Shown: positions 1 through 22,843, numbered from the stretch's first letter. The stretch: 45,170 bases of DNA from Callorhinchus milii (GCF_018977255.1 NW_024705431.1:1-45170); one strand, 5' to 3'. Notes: generated by a model from the letters alone, not told the origin. A program made the numbers and translations.

Positions 1-761
1 CGAAAGGGAGAGAGAGAAAAAAATATACGCGAGCCTCAACAGGAAAAGAAAAGAGAACAAGAAAGCAACCATAAATACCATAACCAACCTGTACAACTTT
101 ACACTATATACAAGCATCAATCAACAAAAAGGTGAAGCAATGACACGTGAACAAACGACCCGCGGCACACCTAGCCCTCCTCGGGATCCGCATAGAAAAC
201 GGGAATTAACAACAACAAATATACAGATTCCGACGCGTTGGATGCACAACCACCGCATGGATGGCAGGGATCCACACCACCCTGCCAGCCTCCCATCCGT
301 CAGGTGGAGAGAAGGCGAAGACCAACATGTCGAGCATCCCTCTACACACACTTTCCGGACGTCTGTCTACGTCCCGGGTCGAGAAGTCGTACTTCAGGGC
401 CGACCCATGTACTGGGCAAAGAAGTCGCACTTCAGGGCTGCTCCAGTATCTACATTTTAAAATATATATATAAAATTGACATGACACAAACAAAATAAAT
501 CTGCCTGCTCCTGTCCATAAATGGTGGCCGCACGCGCGAACCGCATCTCCAAGGCATCCCGTGCTTGCGTCCCAGCAGCCCTCAATGAGGACCACCACCG
601 ACATTACATGTCAACCGTTAGCACCCCCGCCTTTCCAACGTGGCGTCTCCATCCTAAAACCGCGCACGTCGGCCATATCGGGGGGAATTTCCGTGTTACC
701 ACCACCGCCTTTCCGACGCGTCACAACCAGTAGCACGCGTCGGCCATATCGGGGAACTTCA

Positions 762-988
762 ACCCAGTCTCTCTCCAAGACTCGCATCGCAGCATATAGC
801 TGTACCGACCGAGCTGAGACCCAGTCTCTCTCCAAGACTCGCATCGCAGCATATAGCTGTACCGACCGAGCTGAGACCCATCTCTCCAAGACTCGCATCG
901 CAGCATATAGCTGTACCGACCGAGCTGAGACCCAGTCTCTCTCCAAGACTCGCATCGCAGCATATAGCTGTACCGACCGAGCTGAGAC
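762..988. repeat. 57-bp minisatellite, 4 copies
   Basis: Unit acccagtctctctccaagactcgcatcgcagcatatagctgtaccgaccgagctgag; one copy has a 3-nt deletion. Confidence 0.95.
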
Positions 989-1162
989 GACCCATCGTTC
1001 ACTCCCTGCACAACATGCACCCTAACAACTGAGGGATACAGTCCCAACGTAACGGGACAACTACACCTGAACACCACGAATCTCCAGCCCACTGTTTCAA
1101 CGCGCCTCGGAGTGTTTCAATCTCCGGGCCGTCAGGGCGAGCCTACTGCTCCAGACGCACCA

Positions 1163-1445
1163 CGGAGGGTCTCAACCTCCGGGCCGTCAGGTCAAGCCGT
1201 CAGCTATTCCATGACGGGACCACACTCTCCGAGCCATGTGAGCGCACAGCCCACTAGGCTAGACATGCCACGGAGTGTTTCAATCTCCGGGCTGTCAGGT
1301 CAAGCCGTCAGCCATAGCATGACGGGACCACACTCTCCGAGCCATGTGAGCACACAGCCCACTAGGCTAGACATGCCACGGAGTGTCTCTATCTCCGGGC
1401 TGTCAGGTCAAGCCGTCAGCCATAGCATGACGGGACCACAACTCT
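1163..1445. repeat. 108-bp tandem repeat, about 2.6 copies
   Basis: cggag..tctccggg..gtcaggtcaagccgtcagc.. recurs at 1163, 1271 and 1379. Confidence 0.9.
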
Positions 1446-1799
1446 CGTGTTAGACACGCAACACCCGCTGGGCCATCCTGGTCAGGATCTGCACCCCAAG
1501 ATATTTGAGAGCCAGCATGACAATTCCAAATCCTTGGCAGCATGTCACCATCTCAAGATAAATGCCCCATACAGTATATACATCGTTAACAATGACAGCA
1601 CAAGCTATACATTAACAATCACGAACAAAGCTCAATACAAACCATACATTGTTAACAATCACAAGCAAAGTTTCGCACACACATTGACAACACTCACGAG
1701 CGAAGCTCCACACAGTTTACCCAACAACAATCACGACTCCCCGACGACAACGAAGAAAATGTCAACAAAAAAATCATTAATCCGGAGCGCGTAAATGAC

Positions 1800-3045
1800 G
1801 AAGTGTCAGGGGCCTGGTCTCCCGACCTCCAACCTTTGGCCAGAGCAGCAAAGGCGGCGACCAGCGTGTCGGTCGATGTGCCGGCCCCGGCGCCGGTTAC
1901 AGTAAGAATGGCGCCCTCACTGTCCGGTCGCAGCGCTGATGACGCGGTATGCTAGGTTGAAGCCAGCTGTCGTCCGGCAGTGAAGGTCGCAGCGCTGATG
2001 ACGCGGCGTTGTTTGGTTGGACGACGCTGGGCCCGGAAGTGACGTTGCTCCCAGCGGTCATTGCTCCCCGGCAGAAGTGACGACACACCCGGAAGCATCT
2101 CCCACATCCGTGGGGGAACGCCGGTGGGAATGGCGGCGGCGGGCTCGGGCGAGCGCCGCGCCTCCTTCTCCCTCCCGCCATCGCCGCGAGCACCGCATCT
2201 CGCCCAGGAGGGAGGCGGTGGCGCAGAGCAGCTCTGCGAGGCGAAGCAGCGCCTCCTCCATCCTGCTCCCGACGCTGGAGAGGGGACGGTCGGCGGAGCA
2301 GACAGCTGCTCAGCCGGCGGTGCGGCGTTGTTGTCGGCCGGCGGTGCAGCGTCGCTGTCGGCCGGCGGTGCAGCGTCGCTGTCGGCCGGCGGTTGCAGCG
2401 TCGCGTCGCCCATCGCTGCTTGCTCCTCTTCATCGCCGTCAGGACTGAAGGTACGTGGCTTACTTCTTGTCTCCATAGCCACTTCTGACGCCAAATGTAA
2501 CGGGTTCCGGAGACACTTGTAGAGGTAACTTCTATATTACTATTCAACACTCCAACTCTCCAACACTCCAACAGTCCAACTGTCCAACTACTCTCAACAG
2601 TCCTGATACTCTGTTACAGCCTAGGTACACAGCCTAGGTACACAGCCTAGATACACTACTCTGGCTATGCTCTGGAACTCGCCCTCACAAGGTCGTAGAG
2701 TCGGGAGTTCCAGAGTCCCACCATTGGCTCTCGCAGCGTCCCAGGGTCCTGAGATGTCTTGGGTCTTGAGCTACGACTGCCCTGATCGTCCAGGTAGCTC
2801 CCCTTTTATGCCTAGTCCCTAATGAGGGGTGGGGCCGTGTGTGCCCCAGATATCCCACAGAGCACACACAGCCCCCCCCTTTGGCGGCGCCAAGGGGATT
2901 AAGCGCCTGGGAACCCAACGCCTGACGCCAAGAGGCTTAAGCGTCTGACCCGCCTGGGAACCCACGCCTGGCGCCAAGAGGCTTAAGCGCCTGGCCCGCC
3001 CAGGGTCCAGGCCTCCAGCAGCCCCTCCCTTTTTATGTCACTACA
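1800..3045 (-). mobile_element. Gypsy-type LTR retrotransposon 5' end: LTR (2496-3045), PBS and degenerate gag start
   Basis: LTR TGTAAC...CTACA matches the solo LTR at 13619-14095. On the minus strand it is followed by TGGCGTCAGAAGT (tRNA-Leu-type PBS) and an ORF starting METRSKP. The internal region may continue to the window start. Confidence 0.75.
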
Positions 3046-3793
3046 CATCTACGGAGCATCAAAAACGGTATGTATGAACGTAATGGTGACGATGAGGTGA
3101 ATACAATAGACGAGAGGAAGTGATGGGCGGACGGTGATGCGTGAATTAAGTAAAACCTTGTTTTATACCAGAGCAAATGACGATGAAAGGATTGGATGGA
3201 TGGGAAATGAGTGGTCGCCATGGAGAGAGAATGTGAAGGAAGAACAGTAATGGTCGTTGTTAGAATGGGGAGTGGTTAGGGGGTCTTGGGATGAACGGGG
3301 GTGATCCACTGAGAAAATACCCTTCTTAACGACCACCCTGTTAACGACTAATCACTTAACGATGGGTATCCATACAGCCCAATGTGTAGTGTATAGTAGT
3401 GGAGTGTATAGTAGTGTAGTGCATAGAGTAGTGTAGTGCCTCCATAGAGCCCAATGTGTTTACTTACGACCATTCTCCTGTTAACGACAGGCTGTTGTAG
3501 GTACAGTAAATATGAATTAATACATTTGTAATGGTTTAAGGGGGTAATTGTAAACACGTGCGGGTTGGGGACAGTGGGGTCATATCAGGACATGCTGGTG
3601 TTGCTGGGGGACAACGGCTGGACGGAGACGGCCCGTTAGGCAATTATGGGATGCAGGGCAGTGATTGGCCAGTTGTTGTCAGGGACAAGGTGGCGCCTGT
3701 AAGTCTGGGAATGGGAACAGGTGGTGGCGGGGGCCGGGGGTGCAATTTCTCAGCCATGTCGATGTGTAACTGTGCTGCAGCTGAGAACTCTAA

Positions 3794-4099
<306 letters not shown>

Positions 4100-4686
4100 T
4101 AGTTTTAAGACCAGTTCTCACAATCAAATTAGGCAATTGGATGAGGGCCATTTTGTTCGAAACGATGTAAAATTCCAGGTGAGAATAAAATCCGGGAAGT
4201 CATTCTAGCTTCTTGGAAGTCATTCAGGAAGTAATTTCAACTTGATTCTGACTTCCAGGATTTGATTATAATTGGCGCGTTGTTAGGGTAAAGTGTGAAG
4301 AAGGACTTTGACCCACCACCAGGCAGTTAAAACGCATCTTGGTCGATGTGTGGGACGGGAAAAGTATCGATGACGGTTATGCTGCTCAGCTTTCAGCAGA
4401 CCATACAGAATCTCGTGGAGGTGCCCTTTTTCACACCCTTTTATTGAACTTGCCGTGTTGTCCGTTTATATTCTTTGGAATCGTTGAGGCTTAATATCTT
4501 CGGATCTACGAAGCCTAATGAGCTGCAATTTCTACACAAACTCCCCTCGCATGACAATTCACGCTTTCATAAAAAAATGGTCCAGCTCCCCGGCCATTGT
4601 GGTCCTATTTGTATGTTTAACTAAAGTGTATTTCGGTAAAGTCACATAGATAGGTTAAAAGAAAATGACAAAAAATTTACAAAAAA

Positions 4687-4723
4687 CGATGTTTCGATCG
4701 CAACACAGATGTTCGTCGTCAGG
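4687..4723 (-). ncRNA. Degenerate hammerhead motif, inverted relative to the 4953 copy
   Basis: Minus strand CTGACGA-cgaacatctgtgttgcgatc-GAAACATC, followed by the family tail gtgactttaccgaaa. Confidence 0.55.
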
Positions 4724-4952
4724 AATAAAAAAAAATGCGGAAAGCTGCTGAGGCAGGCTGTTTTAAAGGTTTAAAATTAGTGTAGCCCAAGGGTCATAAA
4801 CGAAGTGGGCGGGGCTAGTGATATTAATGTGAGAAATTATCATGTTAATGTAAGATCGGAGGGTGACGTCCACGACGAGGTGAGGAGGTGGCTATGTTAA
4901 TTTGAGAGATTAGCATGTTAATGGCAGATCGCACCAGCAGGCCATGCTTTCC

Positions 4953-4991
4953 CACCTGATGACGGACGCTTGTGTCGCCCGAAACGTCGTG
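4953..4991 (+). ncRNA. Hammerhead ribozyme motif in a Penelope-type repeat (repeat continues to about 5075)
   Basis: cac-CTGATGA-cggacgcttgtgtcgccc-GAAACGTC-gtg; stem II imperfect. Confidence 0.7.
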
Positions 4992-5714
4992 ATTTATTTT
5001 ATTTTTTACCTACGTGACTTTACCGAAAGAACCAAAGTATGGATTTCTGCAGTCACGAAAGCTTCAAATCAAGATTGAACCTGAACATGTCAAATACATT
5101 CCAATTCGTTTCTATTTTTAATGGTTAACGCAAAAATGTGTTTTTTTCGGGTTTCTAAGCTTCAAGTTGCGTTTTTAACTTATTGCACTGTAAATATATC
5201 TGCAATAATGCGTGCACAATTTTACCATTGGAACAACTTTCATGTTTGGCACAAACAGTGGAATAGACTTAACATTTCAACAGGGTTTTATTTCAGTTAT
5301 ACTTTACAGGCAGGCGTCGTTTGTGCCGAGTCAGGCGATAAGATATTGGGTAAAAGTTTCACTCACATTCAGAAAATGTAACTTTCCACTGTTGGACAAA
5401 AACAAGCCCATTGTCTCCCATTTCCTTCCTTCCGAGTAGGTGGTCTCTGATTTATCTGATTTTTTCTCGCCATCTTCCTTACCCGCGTCTTCATCATCAT
5501 TTGCCTTCTCTCGATCCCCACTCCACATTCATTTTGTTCGTCTCACTGTCGTCAATTCTCCCAACGTATTCCACTTGTGTTTTGTTTGAGGGTTCGACGA
5601 AATTTTATTGATTATAAATATATATGTTATCAATCGTTAAATAATGGTAAAGCTTTATTTGGCAAAGTTTCTGAGAAATGCAGTACTTAAAACATAAGCA
5701 TTCAAGGAGTCAAT

Positions 5715-6121
5715 TGTCATTGTAAAGTGGATTTGCATAATATAGCTTTGTGTGTTTTAATGTTAATTTCTTCTTTATAGCTGAGGACATTGTTAGGAGT
5801 AGTATGGGATATTCAACTAGGCTGACCCCGAACATATTTCCATGTCCCCTATTTCCTGCCACAATACACTTTCCTGATTGGTTGCTGCAAGCAGGCATTC
5901 AACTATAAGTGTCTGCCCAACGCTCACAGAGCTGACAACTCCTGCTGTAGTCTGCAGGGCTGGTGACTTAAACTAATAACCGATTCTGTTCTAACTCTAG
6001 TGCTCACAGTAAATCTTCGCAAGTTGCGTTGGGGGTTTTGTTACCTGAGCGGTTTGCGTTTATTTACAGGCTTCTGATCACTGTAGAGTTATAGTGAGTT
6101 GCGTGGTTTCGCTGCTAATCC
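5715..6121 (+). promoter_or_regulatory. Putative promoter and 5' UTR of gene A
   Basis: Conserved with the upstream region of gene B. Octamer ATTTGCAT 5731-5738, Ets-like TTCCTG sites near 5853 and 5871, inverted CCAAT (ATTGG) 5877-5881, TATAAG at 5904. Confidence 0.6.
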
Positions 6122-15920
<9,799 letters not shown>

Positions 15921-16050
15921 TACGCCACCTGCAAAGCTCTCCATGAACACCTAAAGTGAAGAAAAAATTAAAACGAACAAAACTTGACAAAGGGGATTGG
16001 GCTAGGTCTCAGAGGTTAGGTTAGCAAGAGGGTCAGGTATAGGATTAGGC

Positions 16051-16777
16051 CCAGGCGATATTAATAGGCGGCTTCATAAGCGAACAACTAATTAACGATG
16101 TTCCATTTTTAGACGATTCATCTCCTTTTGATTGCGTGGGGTTTGTGGCTTTAGCTATTTGCTGATCATTTCTACTCTTATGCAAAATACAACCCGTGCT
16201 AATAATAAAACGCATGCCAATTTCTGTACGTGTACTGACATTTATTGCCGTCGGAACGACATTTCCAACACTTTCTAATCTCTGGTTGAAAGCATTAATT
16301 GCATATGTTCATTGAAATCTATGTTGAAAACTCATTTAGAACGTGTTTTTGCATTCAGTTTTGTTGGCCTTCCACCGCACCCCTCCGATTACCACGGTTG
16401 GCTAGTTCAACAAACATAGATGTGATGTTAATAACATGGAATGCACAGCCAGCTACCGCTAATGTCTTCTTAAAGTACCATATCATATAGAGATTACAAT
16501 GCTAATCACCGCTTTTTTAAGTTGTCGTCGATATATTTTCACTACAGGAAGTGCCCATTCGTATATGTTGCGGTTTAAAGAATGGCTCGTGGAAGCATAT
16601 ATCACTGAGCCACTTCTGAGATCCCTGAAAGTGACCTCTGTTTCACTCAGTAGGGGGCAGCTCCATCCCTCCTGCGCTGTCACTCAAGAGTACCGTGTAA
16701 TGCTCGCTACGTGACAATAACGCTGACATTTAATCTGCGAGCTGGAGTTTAGCAAAATTAATGGAAGAATTCAAGTT
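16051..16777 (+). repeat. Left arm of a ~720-bp inverted repeat (3' UTR/flank of gene A)
   Basis: Near-continuous reverse-complement match to 18614-19369. Confidence 0.92.
16204..16209 (+). terminator. Candidate polyadenylation signal of gene A
   Basis: AATAAA about 285 nt after the stop; also present in the inverted copy (TTTATT 19214-19219). Confidence 0.5.
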
Positions 16778-17639
16778 GTTGCACACTCGAAGGACGTGGG
16801 CAGGTGCTCCAAATCGAGGGCAAGCACATTTATTCTGGTTAATAGCAATCTTGTGAAGAACAGCACCGTCACTCTGTAAAATGCAACAGCACGTGTCACA
16901 CACAGCAATTCTTCCGAGTCGCCATTAACCATGTGGCTGGTGTATCCGCACGGTCATTCATTAACAGTTTTCTCTTAAACCCAATTCTACTACTGATAAA
17001 CCATCTTTGTCTTTGACAATCACATTTGCACATCACTATTCGAATACTCCTTTAATCCTAAGCTGTATGTCTATACCATCCACTTATATCAGTATCTTAC
17101 ACCCATTATATCTACTGTATGTGTACAGTATACGTACTGTATATCACCATTGTACAGCTTACTACATGTGTTCTATTCTAAATAGCATTGCAAGTAGTCA
17201 TATTCTGGGTACATGGGCATGGTTATAGACTAAACAGTATTATAGGTTAGAGATTTACAATGACAGTAGGTAATTACAGTGCGTCATCCCTTTACAATGC
17301 ACAGTGCTAAACCGCCTCTAATTGCATATATCACAAACGAACAATTCAAAGCCAAGCTTAAAGTCTAGAACAAGTCTAGAACATTTATATAACGATCAAA
17401 ACAACCTTTGGGTCCTTTACCTGTAAAATGCAACAGCACGTGTTACAACCGCATTTATTCCGAGTCGCCATTAACCATGTGGCTGGTTTACACGTGCGGT
17501 TAATCATTAACCCTGCCAGCCACCTACAGGCCCAACTCAGTCATCACATGCTGCTGTACACACATGCATTGATGCACTGCACAGCACATCAGGACTTTCA
17601 CAGAACCACACTTTACTCACTTGGTGCACAAGGACATAA

Positions 17640-17905
17640 TTAAAAGAGTGATCCATTCGTAATGTGCCACACTACACACCGGTTGTGTGTTGGGAGAGTA
17701 AACCCACCACAACATTTACATTTCAAGTACCGTGACGTCTCGCCGCTAATTACAACAACAACAAGAACCAGCATCATCAGGCGATGGCCACAGAGTCGTG
17801 GACAAATCCTCTTCCTGTTTCGGTCTTCAATGGAGCAATAAAAGGTGATGTCGTCACCTGTGAGCCAATCAGGTGCGAGGACCAGAGGCATGGGGGAGTG
17901 TTAAC
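17640..17905 (-). mobile_element. Second Penelope-type pLTR family copy with a degenerate hammerhead
   Basis: Minus strand CTGATGA-tgctgg...agcggc-GAGACGTC; homologous to 28010-28240. Confidence 0.55.
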
Positions 17906-17999
17906 GTGTACAAATACCTTCCAATGACATATGTTATTGGGTTTGGTTATTTACACGGTTATTAGATGAAGGCGCAGCACTGCCAATTTTTGTCACGCC

Positions 18000-18292
18000 A
18001 CTGCTGAGCAGACGAGCCTCCACCAGAGGGAGCTCTCTATAGAGCTGCTATAGAGGGCACTTGGCCTACTCTTCCACGCGGGCCAGACGTATTAAACGTA
18101 GGTGAGATTACCCCCACTTTACCCCACCACATGGAACCCGGTCGATTGACTAACTGCGGTGTGCCCATGGTTTACCACTTGGGTGGATGGAGACCCCAGA
18201 GGATTCAAGAAACTCGCTTCAACTGAGATCGAATTGGCGACCTCTGGATCAGTCGCAAGTCCGGTGCGGTAACCGAATCGACCGCGGCAGCG
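18000..18292 (-). mobile_element. Putative tRNA-derived SINE
   Basis: Minus strand A-box-like ggtcgattcggtt and B-box-like aattcgatctc, then tccacccaagtggtaaa core. Confidence 0.4.
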
Positions 18293-18613
18293 TTCCACAC
18301 AGTTGGTGTCGATGCGATTACGTAACCAGGCATCAAACGTGCGTGAATTAAAAGGCTTTTCTTATCCTCAAGCATCTGCTCCTTTGTAAGCGGAGCCACT
18401 CTACGTTATTTGTCTTCGACATAGTTGCAACAGTGATTTGTAATAAGAAGTGTCGAGCGCGTGGCTTTTGATGTCAGTGCAGAGTTGGCGCCATCTGAGA
18501 TCTGGAGTTCACATACAGGCTGGTGGCATGTACTTGAGGTTAAACCAGGTTCTCAAGGGCAGGGAGTTTATCGTCTCAGTCTATCTGCATACAAAAAAGA
18601 ACGAATCGCATTA

Positions 18614-19369
18614 ACTTTAATTCTTCCATTAATTAATTTTGCTAAACTCTAGCTCGCAGATTAAATGTCAGTGTTACTGTCACGTAGCGAGCATCACACG
18701 TTCCTCTTGAGTGACAGCGCAGGAGGAATAGAGCTGCCCCCTACAGAGTGAAACAGAGGTCACTTTCATGGATCTCAGAGGTGGCTCAGTGATATATGCT
18801 TCCACGAGCCATTCTTTAAACCGCAACATATACGAATGGGCACTTCCTGTCGTGAAAATATACCGACGACAACTTTAAAAAGGGGTGATTAGCATTGTAA
18901 TCTCTCCATGATATGGTACTTTAAGAAGACATGAGCGGTAGCTGGCTGTGCATTCCATGTTACTAACACCACAACCCTCAAATCTAGGTTTGTTGAACTT
19001 CTTTTGCACCGTACGTAGCCAACCGCGGTAATTGGAGGGGTGCGGTGGAAGGCCAACAAACCTGAACACAAAAACACGTTCTAAATAAATGAGTTTTCAA
19101 TATAGATTTCAATGAATATATGTAATTAATGCTTTCAACTGGAGATTAGAAAGTGTTTAAAATGTCGCTCCGACGGCAATAAATGTCAGTACACGTACAG
19201 AAATTGGCATGCGTTTATTAGCACGGGTTGTATTTTGCATAAGAGTAGAAATGATCAGCAAATAGCTAAAGCCACAAACCCAACGCAATCAAAAGGAGAT
19301 GAATCGTCAAAAAATGGAGCATCGTTAATTAGTTGTTCGTTTATGAAGCTGCCTATTAATATCGCCTGG
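18614..19369 (-). repeat. Right arm of the inverted repeat (3' UTR/flank homolog of gene B)
   Basis: Reverse complement of 16051-16777. Confidence 0.92.
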
Positions 19370-19599
19370 CACAAATAAAAGCGCGTTGTTTATATATCCC
19401 TCGAATTGAGAGATTCAGACATTCAACGTTGGGGTCCAACGTCGATTGATGTTGGCCCAACGTGGAATGTCCACAGGTATACTCCTGGGTAGATTGTTGA
19501 CTTGCATTAGGCAAAGGGTGAACATTTATAAAAAAAAATGCTTTCACATATTTTCTCATTTAGCTCGGTGAGAGACATTTAACAGGGAGCATTCAAGAC

Positions 19600-19835
19600 A
19601 CCGTGGGGTATTCCCATTACCGTACCTGTCAACCCACACGGTTTACCCCGTGTTCTTGTACAGGGAAATTGAGTTTTCAGGTTCATACGGCGTACAGCCG
19701 TTTCAAAACGGGCAAAAAAAATCGTATTTTTTACTTTTTTTCCTCCCTTGTGATGGGACTTTGTAGGATGAACGTTGAGATTTATAAGGGCACGGGGTGA
19801 CCAATAAGGTAGGTGTTGATAAAGGGTTGACAGGT
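19600..19835. repeat. Interspersed repeat (inverted homolog at about 27420-27660), probably a DNA transposon end
   Basis: gggactttgtaggatgaacgttgagattt..agggcacggggtgaccaataaggt matches 27468-27523 in reverse complement. Confidence 0.7.
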
Positions 19836-21315
19836 ATGGCATTACGCAGTTCGGCAGAATACGGTACAGGTGTAGCTAAAGGGGGTTTAAAATCTACCAC
19901 GTGGATTGTTGGGCTGATTAAAAGCAAGTGCGGATGAGGATTCAACATTTAAGGGGACGCATCTCCCTCTTCTGACAGAAAGCGGTAACTGTTTTTTAAA
20001 TCTATCTTTGAACTACATTTTTAAAAATCAAGTTTCGTCTGTCTTCAAAGCAAAAATAAACGTGGATTTTCGATGCCCTTGGAAGTGAGAAAGCACGTGG
20101 CCATTGACAGAAACGGTGCCGGATTTCGATTGGCTAACTAACCACGAGGTCAATTTCCAAGGCTTGTAAGGCCTATTTACCTGGAGAGGATTAGTTAGAC
20201 TCTTTGGAGGCAGAGTAGCACCTCCTCAATCTAACCACAGGAGGACGTCTGCTGCCTCTCTCTCTAGGCAAGTGGCTCTTCACTGCAAGGCCCACACGGA
20301 GCCAACCAGTGGCCCCTGGTGACCTTTAGTCTGTGGCTCCTGAAAACACCCCCCCCCATCATCATGATCGTGCTGCTGTCAAACCCCCAATGGTTTCAAA
20401 TGTGTGGCGGCACGCTCACACTGACGATGTCTTAACAGCGAGAGTGACACCCCCCCCCCTCCTGAAAATTCGTGACGAGCACTGACCTTAAGGGATTCAC
20501 AGATACTGGGCTAAGGCCAGGAATAAGTTGACCAATGCTGTACGGGGCATACTATTTAGGCATTCAAATATGTAGACATGGAAAATTAATTGAAGAAATA
20601 GTGCAGCATGTATAATGTAACGAATATATCAGTTGGACTGTAACGTGAGATAAAGTGTTACTTGAGATATTAGGGTATTGTAGGAATATGCAAGGATCTC
20701 TGCTCTTTAGTCCAACATGTGAATATAGAGTACTACATGTGAATATATAGTATAACAAGTGAATGTAGAGTAACTGTAGGATTAATTTGTTTTTGTTTAT
20801 AATAGCGCCCTCCTTTCACGTCACATCTCATCTCAACACATTCGACAGGGCTGCACCAGTAGCAGCTGGCCCTGTTGGCACTAAGTGACCCGGAACCTGG
20901 CCTGCAAACGGGCATTAGTCTGCCAGTTTGGGGCCGATTGCTTACGTTTAATCCCAATGGAGTAAGTTGAAGATTAGTTTCATGATTAGAAAATGTGGAT
21001 CTTAAAACTGGCACCCAATGGCCTAGTCTTGTGAATGACGATGTAAGGGGATCTGGAACGTCCACTTCGAAGCTGATGGCGCATATGATGATTCTAATAA
21101 TTATCTCACCCTCAGTATTAATCAGATTCTGTCAGTAATGGATAAATATCGTTGGGTCATGCGATTGTTGGCCGTATGAAATTGAGTCGTAAGCAGCATT
21201 CGGCCCGCCAGTCAGGGAGGTCCCCTGCTCCTACCCTAGCACTAACCTTATGTCTGTCAATTTTTTATAAATAAATTCACTTTAGTTGCTCACGGGGCGC
21301 TTTTCACGTGGCAGA

Positions 21316-21552
<237 letters not shown>

Positions 21553-22197
21553 TCAAGATGTGGAGCTGACTGGACTTGCCGATGACTGGCACCGGTGGAA
21601 TCAAGACCGGCCTCTGTGTGTGGAGGAGGCCCATGAGGGATGCTACTGGGCAGTTGGAAACAAGTCGCTCTCCAACAACAATGAAGGCGTGATGCGAAAG
21701 AGAAACGAGCAAATCATCGGTGGGGAGGGCAGGTGGTAAATATTATCAGTCGTCTATCTCGGTCGATTTGCCCATAATATCTGTGTCCGTTGTTTTCCTT
21801 GCACTTTCTGTTTATAGGTGGCGTTGCGTCGCCAATTTGGAAGGGTTTAGCCAGAGATCAATCGATTTTGGGGCGTTTGGGTCGATTCGATTTTGGTAAT
21901 TTGCTAGCATGGAGCAGTAACCTGAACGGAGTTGAGCCAGTTTTGTGCGAATTGCCCGGGTCAGGGATTTTTAGTCGTCCGATATGGGTGGGGCAAACCC
22001 CCTAGCACGACATTGGGGGCTTGTAGGCGTTCAGGCAGTGCATGGTGGCAGCGGTGTACAAGTGGTTCAAAATTGATTTGGTGGTGCTATTTGGTGGAAG
22101 AGCATTAAAGTAGATTGCACGTTGGCAGAGCTGAAGGAAAGCAAGGTGGATTTCATTTTCCTAGCAGGTGCAGGGGCTTTGAGTAGCTTTGTGCAGA

Positions 22198-22667
22198 TGT
22201 AATAACAGCCATAGAGGTTCACGTGGGGATTGGCTTGCCGGTCCTGCTTGTAGCCAATAAGGGTTGAGATAGGGACCATGGCCCATGCATCATCACGACA
22301 GGTCATCAGGAGTGATTGGCCCAGCCATTCGGGGTCCAGCTAATGGGGAGCCGGATGAGGGGCGTGGTCTCGGGATTGACAGGGAACCATCGAGAATGGT
22401 CAAAGCTGTCGATGAACGATTGGCTGGGGGAACCACGTGACGAAGGTATTAAGAGCGAGTGAGAGAGAACGATCGAGAGCAGACTGAAACTAACAGGAGC
22501 AGGGTCACGCGCGGACGGGGGCTGGGGTTACCACGTGCGCGGTGAGGACTCAGTGCGTAGTCTGTCCTCTCTCCGTTGTCTGCCAGCAACGGAGAGTGAG
22601 TGAGCAAGTGTATTGAAAGTGGAAATAAAGGACTGATTCCGAAGCCGTCTCCGGGAGGATTATTACA
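22198..22667 (+). mobile_element. Solo LTR nested in the Vingi-like LINE
   Basis: TGTAATAA...TTATTACA termini, AATAAA near 22624, homologous to 36495-36981; TSD imperfect (CAGA vs CAAG). Confidence 0.78.
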
Positions 22668-22843
22668 CAAGGATGCGTCGTCGAGTGGCACGAAGCCAGA
22701 TATTGATCGGTGAGAAGCTTGCAGTGTTCTTGAATCAGAAGAAATTTGGTTTCTTGTTGGAGATGGTCAATGGGCGCCATGATGTGGCATCCTGTGGTTA
22801 CGCGAAGTGCTTGGTTTTGGGCGGGTTGGAGTATTGCTAACCT

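Noticed and set aside
762..988. Regular repeats that could resemble a CRISPR array or a repeat protein
   Set aside because: Units are head-to-tail with no unique spacers, the context is eukaryotic and there are no cas genes; the ORFs follow from the 57-bp period
1897..2571. Several overlapping GC-rich ORFs as real genes
   Set aside because: GC-rich degenerate gag region with 24-bp internal repeats stays open in many frames
3315..3508. Possible Tigger/pogo-like MITE (similar end motif near 32885)
   Set aside because: Only short TTAACGAC/CTTACGA motifs; no matching TIR pair or TSD could be fixed
18215..18292. tRNA gene
   Set aside because: A/B boxes are degenerate with no clean cloverleaf; better explained as a SINE head
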